Source of the DNA: Candidatus Nealsonbacteria bacterium
GTDB taxonomy: Bacteria > Patescibacteriota > Minisyncoccia > Minisyncoccales > MHMH01
Reading direction: 5' to 3'
Length of the DNA: 64,000 bases
Assembly (NCBI GenBank): GCA_016181965.1
Contig: JACOYH010000003.1
Location: 65,013 to 129,012, forward strand
Shown here: piece by piece, positions 33,854 through 42,760 of the stretch
Position numbering within the stretch: position 1 is the first letter of the stretch
Layout: every line of letters begins with the position of its first letter
The notes under the pieces: model-generated
The model's database searches: none
Told to the model about the DNA's origin: nothing
What the model saw: only the letters and a program-made list of their open reading frames with translations
Translations under genes and position numbers: made by a program

Positions 33854-35298
33854 TGCCAAAAATAGATATCCACGGCCTGACAATTGAAAAGTGCCGGCAG
33901 GGCTTGATGAATAAAGAGTTTTCGGCGCTTGAAGTGGCTAAAATTTTTCTCGAAAGAATTGCCAAAGACGACGAGCAAATATTTTCTTATCTTACGCTAA
34001 CTCCGGAATTGGCTCTGGGGCAGGCAAAAGCAGTTGATCGGCTGATTGCCCAGGGACGGCAAATTCCGCGTTTGGCTGGCGTACCCTGCGCGATTAAAGA
34101 CAATATTTTACTTAAAGACGCAAGATGTACGGCCGGCTCAAAAATTTTAGAGAATTATTCCGCTTCTTACGACGCGACAGTCGTTGAAAAATTGAAAAAA
34201 GAAGGGGCGGTAATCTTGGGCAAGACCAATCTGGATGAATTTGCCATGGGTTCCTCCACGGAAAATTCGTCATTCGGAGTCACCAGAAACCCTCGCGATC
34301 TGGAGAGGGTAGCCGGCGGCTCTTCGGGCGGCTCGGCCGCGGCTGTGGCCGGGGGAATGGCAATATATTCCTTGGGGTCCGACACCGGCGGCTCAATACG
34401 TTTACCCGCCGCTTTTTGCGGCGTGGCGGGGCTGAAGCCGACCTACGGCGCTGTTTCCCGATATGGTCTCATTGCTTTCGCTTCTTCGCTTGACCAAATC
34501 GGCCCAATGGCTAAAACAGTTGATGACGTGCAAACCGTGTTTGAGATTATAGCCGGACAGGATCGCATGGATTCAACCAGCGTAGAAACGCCAAAAATCG
34601 AAAATTCCCGCCTTGCCGGCGGGCAGGCAAAATTAAAAATTGAGAATTTACGCATAGGCGTTCCCAGTGAATATTTTGTTAAAGGCGGCGATCCTGAAGT
34701 TGCAAAACAAGTGAAGATTGCTCTCGAAAAATACGAAAAGCTCGGGGCTAAAATTGTCGAAGTTAGCTTGCCCAATACCGAATATGCCCTGGCCGCCTAT
34801 TACATCATTAGTCCGGCCGAGGCGTCAGCAAACTTAGCAAGGTTCGATGGCGTAAAATATGGCTATAGCCAAAAAGCCGAAAACTTGGCTGATGCCTATC
34901 TGAATACCCGAGGTCGGGGATTTGGCAAAGAAGTCCAGAGGAGGATAATGCTTGGGACTTATGTTTTGTCTGCCGGCTATTACGATGCCTATTATATTCG
35001 GGCGCAAAAAGTCAGGACTTTAATTAGGAACGATTTTAATAATGCCTTCAAAACAGCAGACGTTTTAATGTCTCCGGTTTCGCCATCTTTGCCGTTTAAA
35101 ATAGGGGAGAAAATAAAAGATCCGCTTTCAATGTATTTGGTCGACCTTTATACCGTTTCGGTAAACTTGGCCGGGTTCCCAGCGCTTTCCTTGCCCATAG
35201 GCGAAGCAAAGGGCCTGCCCGTTGGCCTTCAAATTATCGGCAAAGAATTTGAAGAAAATAAAATTTTTAAAATAGCAAAATTGTATGAATCTAATTAG
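33853..35298 (+). CDS. gatA: Asp/Glu-tRNA amidotransferase subunit A
   Basis: Amidase signature GGSSGGSAAAVA...GSDTGGSIRLPAAFCG. Confidence 0.95.
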   Translation: MPKIDIHGLTIEKCRQGLMNKEFSALEVAKIFLERIAKDDEQIFSYLTLTPELALGQAKAVDRLIAQGRQIPRLAGVPCAIKDNILLKDARCTAGSKILENYSASYDATVVEKLKKEGAVILGKTNLDEFAMGSSTENSSFGVTRNPRDLERVAGGSSGGSAAAVAGGMAIYSLGSDTGGSIRLPAAFCGVAGLKPTYGAVSRYGLIAFASSLDQIGPMAKTVDDVQTVFEIIAGQDRMDSTSVETPKIENSRLAGGQAKLKIENLRIGVPSEYFVKGGDPEVAKQVKIALEKYEKLGAKIVEVSLPNTEYALAAYYIISPAEASANLARFDGVKYGYSQKAENLADAYLNTRGRGFGKEVQRRIMLGTYVLSAGYYDAYYIRAQKVRTLIRNDFNNAFKTADVLMSPVSPSLPFKIGEKIKDPLSMYLVDLYTVSVNLAGFPALSLPIGEAKGLPVGLQIIGKEFEENKIFKIAKLYESN

Positions 35299-35830
35299 CA
35301 ATTTTAGGGATATAACCCCCGATCGCATCATGTATATTCTTACTTCTGCTGAAATTCAGCAAGAGCTTTTGATGGTTAAGCTCGGTTTCCTTGTTGTGAC
35401 AATAATCATGGGCGTTTTTACGATGTTTGCTATCTCGCGGACTCACTATATGCAATGGCTATTTACGCAATCTGCCGTTGAATTTTTAACGCAACGGCCC
35501 TACGGAGCCAAGAGAATAACCAAGGTTTGGAATAAAATTAAACAGCATCTGGAAAACGGTTCTGAAATCGAATACAAGCTGGCCATTATTGAAGCCGACA
35601 ACATGCTCGAGAGCACATTAAAAAGAATGGGTTATGGGGGAGTAACCCTGGAAGAGCGCTTGACTAAGCTCACTTCAGCCACTCTTCCCAATATCGAAGA
35701 GATCTATCAAGCCCATCAAGCGCGTAATAATATCGTTCGCGATCCCAGCTTTGTTTTAGGGTTAGACGACGCTAAAAAAACCATAGGCATTTACGAAAGG
35801 GCCTTCCGCGATTTGCAAATACTTGACTAA
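35285..35830 (+). CDS. Hypothetical membrane protein
   Basis: 181-aa ORF with one TM helix (LGFLVVTIIMGVFTMFAI). I recognise no family, and the start is uncertain. Confidence 0.5.
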   Translation: MNLISNFRDITPDRIMYILTSAEIQQELLMVKLGFLVVTIIMGVFTMFAISRTHYMQWLFTQSAVEFLTQRPYGAKRITKVWNKIKQHLENGSEIEYKLAIIEADNMLESTLKRMGYGGVTLEERLTKLTSATLPNIEEIYQAHQARNNIVRDPSFVLGLDDAKKTIGIYERAFRDLQILD

Positions 35831-35858
35831 GTCAAGTATAAGCGATAAAATACTACTC

Positions 35859-35929
35859 AGCGCCGTGGAGGAGTAGTACCTCGGCGGTCTCATAAGCCGC
35901 AGGCCCCCGTGCAATTCGGGGCGGCGCAA
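35859..35929 (+). tRNA. Atypical tRNA(CAT), possibly initiator-like
   Basis: Hand-folded cloverleaf. The acceptor stem is GCGCCG/CGGCGC with an A1xA72 mismatch, and U8 and A14 are present. The anticodon loop is CTCATAA and the T-stem is CCCCG/CGGGG. The T-loop is TGCAATT (G55) and the 7-nt D-loop lacks G19. Confidence 0.45.
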
Positions 35930-35945
35930 CATTTAAATAGCCCGT

Positions 35946-36018
35946 GCCGGCGTAGCTCAGTGGTTAGAGCGGGGTCTTCATAAGGCCAAGGTCGCAGGTT
36001 CGAATCCTGCCGTCGGCA
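35946..36018 (+). tRNA. tRNA-Met or tRNA-Ile2 (anticodon CAT)
   Basis: GCCGGCG-TA-GCTCAGTGGTTAGAGC...TTCATAA...GCAGGTTCGAATCCTGC-CGTCGGC-A, a canonical cloverleaf with a paired 1:72 and no encoded CCA. Confidence 0.85.
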
Positions 36019-36025
36019 CAAACAC

Positions 36026-36101
36026 GGACCCATGGTGTAGCCCGGTTTAACACGCCTCCCTGTCACGGAGGAGATCAGGGGTTCAAATCCCCTTGGGTCC
36101 G
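36026..36101 (+). tRNA. tRNA-Asp (anticodon GTC)
   Basis: GGACCCA...CCTCC-CTGTCAC-GGAGG...AGGGGTTCAAATCCCCT-TGGGTCC-G. All stems pair and the discriminator is G. Confidence 0.85.
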
Positions 36102-36223
36102 CCTTCGGTCGCCGAAGCTTTGAAAAAGCGAAGGAGACCTTCGTGAGTCAGTGCCAGTTATAAAGTTTTTAAGTAAAGTTACGGGCGACCTACGGCGGAC
36201 AAAGTCCGCCTAGGAAAAAGAAA

Positions 36224-36466
36224 ATGCAATACGTTTATATTTTAAGTTGTGCTGACAAAAGACCTTACGTAGGCTGCACTGATAACCTTAAAGAAAGAAT
36301 CGAAAGACACACAAAAGGTTATGTTCCTGCGACAAAAGAAAGAAGACCTATTGAACTCATAAATTACATTGCATTCAAAAATAAATATTTGGCTTTCAAC
36401 TTCGAAAAGTATTTAAAATCCGGTTCTGGCCGAGCATTTATAAATAAACATTTTGCTATAACGTAA
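36224..36466 (+). CDS. GIY-YIG nuclease superfamily protein (small stand-alone)
   Basis: 80 aa with YVYILSC..RPYVGCTDNLKERIERH, the GIY-YIG pattern. Confidence 0.75.
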   Translation: MQYVYILSCADKRPYVGCTDNLKERIERHTKGYVPATKERRPIELINYIAFKNKYLAFNFEKYLKSGSGRAFINKHFAIT

Positions 36467-36494
36467 GAGTACTAAAAGGATTCGAACCAATATT

Positions 36495-36890
36495 ATGAAA
36501 GTGGTAATAGCTGGAAGCGCAAAGCTTCAAAATGAAATACAAAAGTGGATAGAGCATTGGAATAATAGAGACGGCTATTCTGTTTTGGACTACCCCAAAG
36601 CTATCCCTCAAGATAATTTCGATGAACTTTATCCCGGTGTTCATAAAAACTTTTTCAAAAATATAACGGAAGCCGATGTACTTTTTATTGCTAACGACAG
36701 AAAGAACGGAATTGATGGATATATTGGAGTAGAAACTTTTGCCGAATTAGGATTCGGATTGGCCCAGAAATTGATTTACGGTAAAAATATAAAATTGATA
36801 CTTGCGAATATGCCAGCGAAAGAAGTGGCCTGTTACGAGGAAATAGTTTTGTGGAAAAAACTCGGTTGGGTAGATGAAATTATCGGATAA
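36495..36890 (+). CDS. Nucleoside 2-deoxyribosyltransferase-like protein (tentative)
   Basis: MKVVIAGS... N-terminus and DGYIGVETFAELGFGLA resemble the NDT-family D-x-G-T-x-x-E-x-G motif. This is a weak recognition. Confidence 0.35.
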   Translation: MKVVIAGSAKLQNEIQKWIEHWNNRDGYSVLDYPKAIPQDNFDELYPGVHKNFFKNITEADVLFIANDRKNGIDGYIGVETFAELGFGLAQKLIYGKNIKLILANMPAKEVACYEEIVLWKKLGWVDEIIG

Positions 36891-36981
36891 GAGATATATC
36901 TATTATTCTTATAATCAAGCCAAGATTTCTGATATTTAGCCATTTTATTGGTTCAAAGTTCCGGAAATCGCCTCCGCCAGT

Positions 36982-37016
36982 TAAGAGTGTTAGACATCGG
37001 ATGTCTAACACTCTTA
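36982..37016. repeat. REP family A copy
   Basis: TAAGAGTGTTAGACATCGGATGTCTAACACTCTTA, a 16-bp hairpin with a CGG loop. Confidence 0.85.
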
Positions 37017-37019
37017 CGC

Positions 37020-37047
37020 TTGACAAGATTTTTGGGTATGCTAAGAT
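37020..37047 (+). promoter_or_regulatory. Sigma70-like promoter with extended -10, upstream of pheS leader
   Basis: TTGACA (37020-37025), 16-nt spacer, TGC-TAAGAT (37039-37047). Confidence 0.45.
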
Positions 37048-37332
37048 GCGTACATAGTTAATACCACGCTGTTTTGAAGGAAAGAAAGGAGGTGATGATT
37101 TTGATTGCATCCAGTGGGCAGTTCTTGATTAATATGTGATCGCCGCGGCGCCGACAACCGCAAGAGGAGGCGCCAGTAGCGCCTCCTCCCCAAAAAAGCT
37201 ATGCGAGCATTGCTCGCTAGACGATATAGGGGCCTGACTTAGTCGGGCCCCTTTGTATTCCCTCCGGCAAATACGGGGGTTATCCCCAGTTGAGGCTTGA
37301 TTTTTGGCTAAAAATAGGATAAAATAGACGTA

Positions 37333-38346
37333 GTGACAGACCTCAAAAAAATCAAAAAAGAAGCCGAAAAGGAGATAGGGTCGGCAAAAGACCTTAAGGA
37401 ACTGCAAGATGTTTTCAATCAATATCTGGGGAAGCGAGGCGAGCTTACCCAGATTTTGCGTTCGCTCAAGGATATGCCAAAACGCGAGAGGATTATGTTT
37501 GGTAAGGACGCCAATGATGTTAAAAATGCCCTTACCATCGCCTTTGACGAGAAAAGCGCCGGACTCAAGGCAGGGGAAGCGAGAGCCGCCGAAGAAAAGG
37601 AATGGATTGATGTTACTGCGCCCGGAAAAAAGATTGCTGTCGGCCATTTGCACCCTTTGACTTTAGCTAAAAGAAAAACCATGGAGATTTTCCAGTCCAT
37701 GGGATTTGCCGTGGCCGAAGGCCCGGACATCGAAACAGAGTGGTACAATTTTGACGCTCTAAATATTCCCAAGGACCATCCAGCCAGAGACGTCTGGGAC
37801 ACTTTCTATCTGAAAGACGGCCCCCTTTTACGCACTCATACGAGTCCGGTACAGATTAGGTATATGGAAAAGAATAATCCGCCCCTAAGGATTATTGCTC
37901 CGGGCACGGTTTACAGGCATGAGTCCACTGACTCCTCCCATGAATTTCAGCTTTATCAGGTTGAAGGTCTAATGGTGGATAAAGACATTTCTGTCGCCAA
38001 CCTAAAAGCCGTGGTTGGTGAATTTTTCAGGAGATTTTTTGAAAAAGAAGTTGATTTTCGACTGAGGCCCGACTTTTTTCCTTTTGTTGAGCCGGGCTTT
38101 GACATTAGTATTACTTGCCTCGTTTGCGGCGGCAAGGGTTGCTCTGTTTGCAAGGAGACCGGCTGGCTGGAAGTGGCCGGCGCCGGTATGGTTCATCCGA
38201 ATGTCTTTAAGGCAGCCGGATTGTCGCCGGAATGGCAGGGCTGGGCATTTGGTTTTGGATTAGAAAGGTTGGCTATGCTCAAATACAGAATCAATGACAT
38301 TCGCCTTTTTCGCTCAAGCGATTTGCGATTTTTAAATCAATTTTAA
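37333..38346 (+). CDS. pheS: Phenylalanyl-tRNA synthetase alpha subunit
   Basis: GTG start per the ORF track. HPLTLAKRK...HPARDVWDTFY...LLRTHTSPVQIR...GFGLERLAML. Confidence 0.95.
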   Translation: MTDLKKIKKEAEKEIGSAKDLKELQDVFNQYLGKRGELTQILRSLKDMPKRERIMFGKDANDVKNALTIAFDEKSAGLKAGEARAAEEKEWIDVTAPGKKIAVGHLHPLTLAKRKTMEIFQSMGFAVAEGPDIETEWYNFDALNIPKDHPARDVWDTFYLKDGPLLRTHTSPVQIRYMEKNNPPLRIIAPGTVYRHESTDSSHEFQLYQVEGLMVDKDISVANLKAVVGEFFRRFFEKEVDFRLRPDFFPFVEPGFDISITCLVCGGKGCSVCKETGWLEVAGAGMVHPNVFKAAGLSPEWQGWAFGFGLERLAMLKYRINDIRLFRSSDLRFLNQF

Positions 38347-38360
38347 TCCATAGGACAAGC

Positions 38361-40343
38361 ATGTTATTTTCGTATAACTGGCTAAAGGATTACGTCAAAA
38401 GTTTACCCGCGCCCGACAAGCTGGCCGTGTCTTTAACTATGCATTTTGCCGAAGTGGAAGATATAAAGAAATTAGCGGGCGATTTTGTTTTTGATATCGA
38501 CATCAGACCAAACCGAGCCGCTGATTGTTTTTCGCATTTGGGCATTGCCAGAGAAATCGCTGCCATTGCCAATTTAACTCTTAAAATGCCCAGCGTCAAA
38601 GTACCATTTTTAGGCGCTGTTAAGACCACCGATTTAGTTGAGGTCATAGTGCAGGATAAGCCGGCCTGTTCAAGATACACTGCCAAGGCCGTGACTGATG
38701 TAAAAGTCGGTCCGTCTCCAAAATGGCTGCAAGATCGGCTCAAGGCCTGCGGCATGCGTCCTATTAACAATATCGTTGACGCGGCCAATTACGTCATGCT
38801 GGAAACAGGCCAGCCGCTTCATGCTTTTGATGCAGAAAAGTTGCAAGGTAAAAAAATAATTGTCAGGCCGGCTAAAAAAACGGAGGAAATTGTTACGCTG
38901 GATGGCGACAAATTTAGTTTAGATCCGACCATTTTGGTGATTGCCGACGAGAAAAAACCCGTGGCCATAGCCGGCATTAAAGGCGGCAAGGATACAGAGA
39001 TAGACAAGCAGACCAAAACGATCATTATTGAATCGGCCAATTTTAATCCGCTCGCCATTAGGAGGGCGTCAAAAAAAATCAACCTGCGAACCGATGCTTC
39101 TGTCAGATTTGAGCACGGCCTCGATCCAAATCTTGCTGAATTCGCCTTGAACAGAGCCGCCTCTTTGATGCAGAAAATTGCCAAGGGTAAGGCAGCCAAG
39201 GATATGATTGATATTTACAGCCAAAAAGTTTCTCCCGTGCAAATCAATCTGGACCTAAATTACTTGAATGGTTTGCTGGGTATAAATATAGCCAAAACCA
39301 GAGCCGCGCAGATATTGAAAAAGCTAGGTTTTAAAATTATAAAGCAAACAAAAAAATATTTGCTGGTTGAGGCGCCAACTTCCCGGTCCGATGTTAGTTT
39401 GCCCGAGGACTTAATTGAAGAAATCGGCAGGATAGTCGGCTACGAACAAATTCCCGCTGTTTTTCCGGCTGCTTCTTTGATTCCAGCCAAAAGAAACGAC
39501 GGCCTATTTTGGGAAGATATGGTCAAGGATATTTTGAAGGCAGTCGGTTTTACCGAGGTGTATAATTATTCCTTTATTGCCGACAAAGATGCCGGGGAAT
39601 TAGTTGAACTGCAAAATCCCCTGAGCGCCGAACAGAAATATTTGCGGCCCTCTCTTATTCCCGGCCTTTTAACTAACGCCAAAAAGAATGCCGCCAATTT
39701 TTCCTCTATAAAGATTTTTGAGATTGGAAAAATTTTCAAAAAAGATAAGGACATCAAAGAGCAAAAACAACTCACGGCCCTCATGACGGGAACTGATTTT
39801 TACCAATTGAAGGGAATTGTTGATTTGCTTTTAGAGAAGCTGGGCATTAGCAGCGTTTGGTATGACGATTATCAACCTACTCCGGAAGAAAGCAAGCTTG
39901 AGTTGTGGCATCCCCAGAAGCGCGCCGAAATCAAGACCGACGACGGCGAGATTGGCTTTTTGGGAGAAATTTTACCAATCAAGGCCGTGGTCTTTGATAT
40001 TAATTTCGACAAATTAGTTGAGTCGGTCTCCGGAGAGCATGAATATCGGCCTATTTCTAAATTTCCGGCAGTGGTGAGGGACTTGGCAATTCTGGTGCCG
40101 AGAAAAATTAAAGTGGAGGAAGTGCTGAATAAAATAAACACCGCTGGGGGAGCGATTATAAGAGACGTGGATCTTTTTGATATTTATGAAGGCGAAGAAG
40201 TGCCGGACGATAAAAAGAATCTTGCTTTTCACATTATTTATCAGTCAGAGGAGAAAACCCTGACTTCAGCAGAAGTGGATTTAGTGCAGCAAAAAGTCAT
40301 TAAGGCCTTGGAAAAAGATCCAAGCTGGGAGGTAAGAAAGTAA
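38361..40343 (+). CDS. pheT: Phenylalanyl-tRNA synthetase beta subunit (660 aa)
   Basis: MLFSYNWLKDYV...RPNRADCFSHLGIAREIAA...B3/4 and B5 regions...FPAVVRDLAILV. Confidence 0.9.
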   Translation: MLFSYNWLKDYVKSLPAPDKLAVSLTMHFAEVEDIKKLAGDFVFDIDIRPNRAADCFSHLGIAREIAAIANLTLKMPSVKVPFLGAVKTTDLVEVIVQDKPACSRYTAKAVTDVKVGPSPKWLQDRLKACGMRPINNIVDAANYVMLETGQPLHAFDAEKLQGKKIIVRPAKKTEEIVTLDGDKFSLDPTILVIADEKKPVAIAGIKGGKDTEIDKQTKTIIIESANFNPLAIRRASKKINLRTDASVRFEHGLDPNLAEFALNRAASLMQKIAKGKAAKDMIDIYSQKVSPVQINLDLNYLNGLLGINIAKTRAAQILKKLGFKIIKQTKKYLLVEAPTSRSDVSLPEDLIEEIGRIVGYEQIPAVFPAASLIPAKRNDGLFWEDMVKDILKAVGFTEVYNYSFIADKDAGELVELQNPLSAEQKYLRPSLIPGLLTNAKKNAANFSSIKIFEIGKIFKKDKDIKEQKQLTALMTGTDFYQLKGIVDLLLEKLGISSVWYDDYQPTPEESKLELWHPQKRAEIKTDDGEIGFLGEILPIKAVVFDINFDKLVESVSGEHEYRPISKFPAVVRDLAILVPRKIKVEEVLNKINTAGGAIIRDVDLFDIYEGEEVPDDKKNLAFHIIYQSEEKTLTSAEVDLVQQKVIKALEKDPSWEVRK

Positions 40344-40353
40344 TATAAAAAAA

Positions 40354-42276
40354 ATGGCTAAAGAAAACCTAAAAAAAACGGCCAGTTATGAAGCGAAAGA
40401 TATTTATGTGCTGGAGGGATTGGACCCCGTGCGAAAGAGGCCGGGAATGTATATCGGTTCTACCGGGCCGGAAGGGCTTCATCACTTAATTTGGGAGTGC
40501 GCCGACAACGCCATTGACGAGTTCATTGGGGGATATGGCAGTAAAATGGAAATTGCCCTACTGCCCAATAACAGGGTCAGTGTTACCGATGACGGCAGGG
40601 GCATACCCGTGGCAATGCATCCGCAGACAAAAAAGTCGGCCCTGGAAACGGTCATGACGACTCTGCACGCTGGCGGTAAATTTGGCGGAGAGGCCTATAA
40701 GGTTTCCGGCGGTTTGCATGGCGTGGGTGTTTCGGTTGTGTGCGCTTTGTCTGGCTGGATGAGAGCAGAGGTCTGCCGCGACGGCGCTAAATATGCCCAA
40801 GAATATTCAAAAGGCAAAGTGAAGACGCCGGTCAAGAAAGTCGGAACCTGCCGGCAAACCGGCACCACCGTGCTCTTTGAGCCAGATCAGGAGATTTTTA
40901 AAGAGATCAAGTTCGACCTTAAAAAAATCTTGAGTCATTTACGCCAGCAGGCCTACCTTACGAGAGGCATAAAAGTCACGATCAAAGACGAAAGGGCCAT
41001 TCCGCACGACAGTTACAGTTTTTATTTTGAGGGAGGAATACGTTCCTATGTGAATTATTTGGTCAGAGGCATCGAAACAACCCACGCCAATGTTTTTTAT
41101 ACGAACGGCGAAAAAGAAGGCGTAGTGGTTGAAACAGCTTTTCAATATACTAACGAAATGGAGGCCTATGAGGAGAGTTTTGCCAATAATATTCATACGG
41201 GCGAAGGAGGAACTCATCTAACCGGTTTTCGTTCGGCGTTGACGCGCTCGCTCAATGATTACGCAAAGAAAAATAATTTTCTAAAGGGAGAAGAGGGTAA
41301 TTTAACCGGCGAGGATGTGAGAGACGGATTGACTGCCGTGGTCTCTATTAAAATACGGGAGCCGCAATTTGAGGGTCAGACCAAAGCAAAGCTGGGCAAT
41401 CCCGAAGCGAAAGTGGCCGTAGAATCGGTTATCACCGACGGCTTAGATGATTTTCTGGAGAGAAATCCCCAAGATGCCCGGGCAATAATTGAAAAATGTC
41501 TGCTGTCATCTAAAGCCAGAAAAGCCGCCAAAGCCGCCCGACAAACCGTCTTAAGAAAGGGCGCGCTTGATGGACTGGCTTTGCCCGGTAAGTTAGCCGA
41601 CTGTTCTTCACGGCGGCCCGAAGACAGCGAATTATATATTGTAGAGGGAGAATCAGCCGGGGGCAGTTCCCGCCAAGCCAGAGATAGGCATTTTCAGGCC
41701 ATTTTGCCATTGAGGGGTAAAATTCTCAACGTAGAAAGAGCCCGACTCGATAAGATACTTTCTTCAAAAGAAATAAAGTCGCTGATTATTGCATTAGGCA
41801 CAGCTATTGCCGACGATTTTAGTTTGGAGAAATTGAGATATCATCGGGTTATTATTATGACCGATGCCGACGTTGATGGAGCTCACATCCGCACCTTGCT
41901 TTTGACATTCTTTTACCGCCATTTACAGCCGTTGATTGCCGGCGGGCATTTATATATAGCCCAGCCGCCGCTTTACCGCCTTCAGGCGGGCAAGCGGGTT
42001 GAATTCGCTTACACCGAAGCCGATAAGACAGAAATCTTAAACGATATGAAGGCAACGGGGGTCAATATTCAAAGATACAAGGGTCTCGGAGAAATGAACC
42101 CCGACCAGCTTTGGGAAACAACCATGAATCCTCAAAATAGAATTCTCTTGAAGGTGGATATAGAAGACGCCAAGGATGCCGACAGGATGTTTGATACTCT
42201 GATGGGCGACGAGGTCTTTCCCAGAAAAAAGTTCATTGAGGCCCACGCCAAGACAGTTAAGAATTTAGACGTGTAA
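40354..42276 (+). CDS. gyrB: DNA gyrase subunit B
   Basis: LEGLDPVRKRPGMYIGST...HLIWECADNAIDE...EGESAGGS...PLRGKILNVE...MTDADVDGAHI. Confidence 0.95.
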   Translation: MAKENLKKTASYEAKDIYVLEGLDPVRKRPGMYIGSTGPEGLHHLIWECADNAIDEFIGGYGSKMEIALLPNNRVSVTDDGRGIPVAMHPQTKKSALETVMTTLHAGGKFGGEAYKVSGGLHGVGVSVVCALSGWMRAEVCRDGAKYAQEYSKGKVKTPVKKVGTCRQTGTTVLFEPDQEIFKEIKFDLKKILSHLRQQAYLTRGIKVTIKDERAIPHDSYSFYFEGGIRSYVNYLVRGIETTHANVFYTNGEKEGVVVETAFQYTNEMEAYEESFANNIHTGEGGTHLTGFRSALTRSLNDYAKKNNFLKGEEGNLTGEDVRDGLTAVVSIKIREPQFEGQTKAKLGNPEAKVAVESVITDGLDDFLERNPQDARAIIEKCLLSSKARKAAKAARQTVLRKGALDGLALPGKLADCSSRRPEDSELYIVEGESAGGSSRQARDRHFQAILPLRGKILNVERARLDKILSSKEIKSLIIALGTAIADDFSLEKLRYHRVIIMTDADVDGAHIRTLLLTFFYRHLQPLIAGGHLYIAQPPLYRLQAGKRVEFAYTEADKTEILNDMKATGVNIQRYKGLGEMNPDQLWETTMNPQNRILLKVDIEDAKDADRMFDTLMGDEVFPRKKFIEAHAKTVKNLDV

Positions 42277-42277
42277 T

Positions 42278-42628
42278 ATGACCATTCGCGATCTAGATAA
42301 AAATGGCGTCTGGAGGGCAATGACCATAGCGCTTTTAGCAGCTACCGTTGGCTTGCTCCTTTTGGGCTGGCAATACCGCCAACTTGAAGAAAAACGATTA
42401 CCCGCCTTGGAAAAAGAAATGCAAAGGCAAAGCGAGGAAATTGAGAGAAGGTCGGCGCAAAATGCGCTGGAGCGTTTTATGTCGGCTCGACTCAATAAGC
42501 GGGAAGCGCAAGCCGCCCTTTACCTTACCGAAAACGCGGCCGAACAAGAACGACTGAAAGAGTTTACGCTTTTAGACGATTACGATAGTTTTAAAATATT
42601 AAGCAGTGAAAAGTTGGCTGAAGGCTGA
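42278..42628 (+). CDS. Hypothetical membrane-anchored protein, possibly frameshifted (continues in +1 frame to 42749)
   Basis: 116-aa ORF with a TM helix. A protein-like frame (EEEYRFVLEIRTKSVGTFVEIITVMKILGNYYINSIQLAG*) runs from 42627 to 42749. Confidence 0.5.
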   Translation: MTIRDLDKNGVWRAMTIALLAATVGLLLLGWQYRQLEEKRLPALEKEMQRQSEEIERRSAQNALERFMSARLNKREAQAALYLTENAAEQERLKEFTLLDDYDSFKILSSEKLAEG

Positions 42629-42760
42629 AGAGGAGTACCGTTTTGTTCTTGAAATTCGCACAAAATCAGTCGGGACTTTCGTAGAAATCATCACTGTAAT
42701 GAAAATTTTAGGCAACTACTATATAAACTCCATCCAACTCGCCGGCTAAAATGGGAGCGA

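Noticed and set aside
37095-37139. 14-aa leader peptide as a Phe-sensing attenuator peptide for pheS
   Set aside because: It has only one Phe codon, and the SD-to-ATG spacing is about 2 nt. I kept it only as a note within the leader finding.
36880-37653. Minus-strand ORFs of 76 aa (36880-37110) and 174 aa (37129-37653)
   Set aside because: They span intergenic repeats and the 5' end of pheS in antisense. Their composition is driven by the G+C-rich hairpins, and they have no SD.
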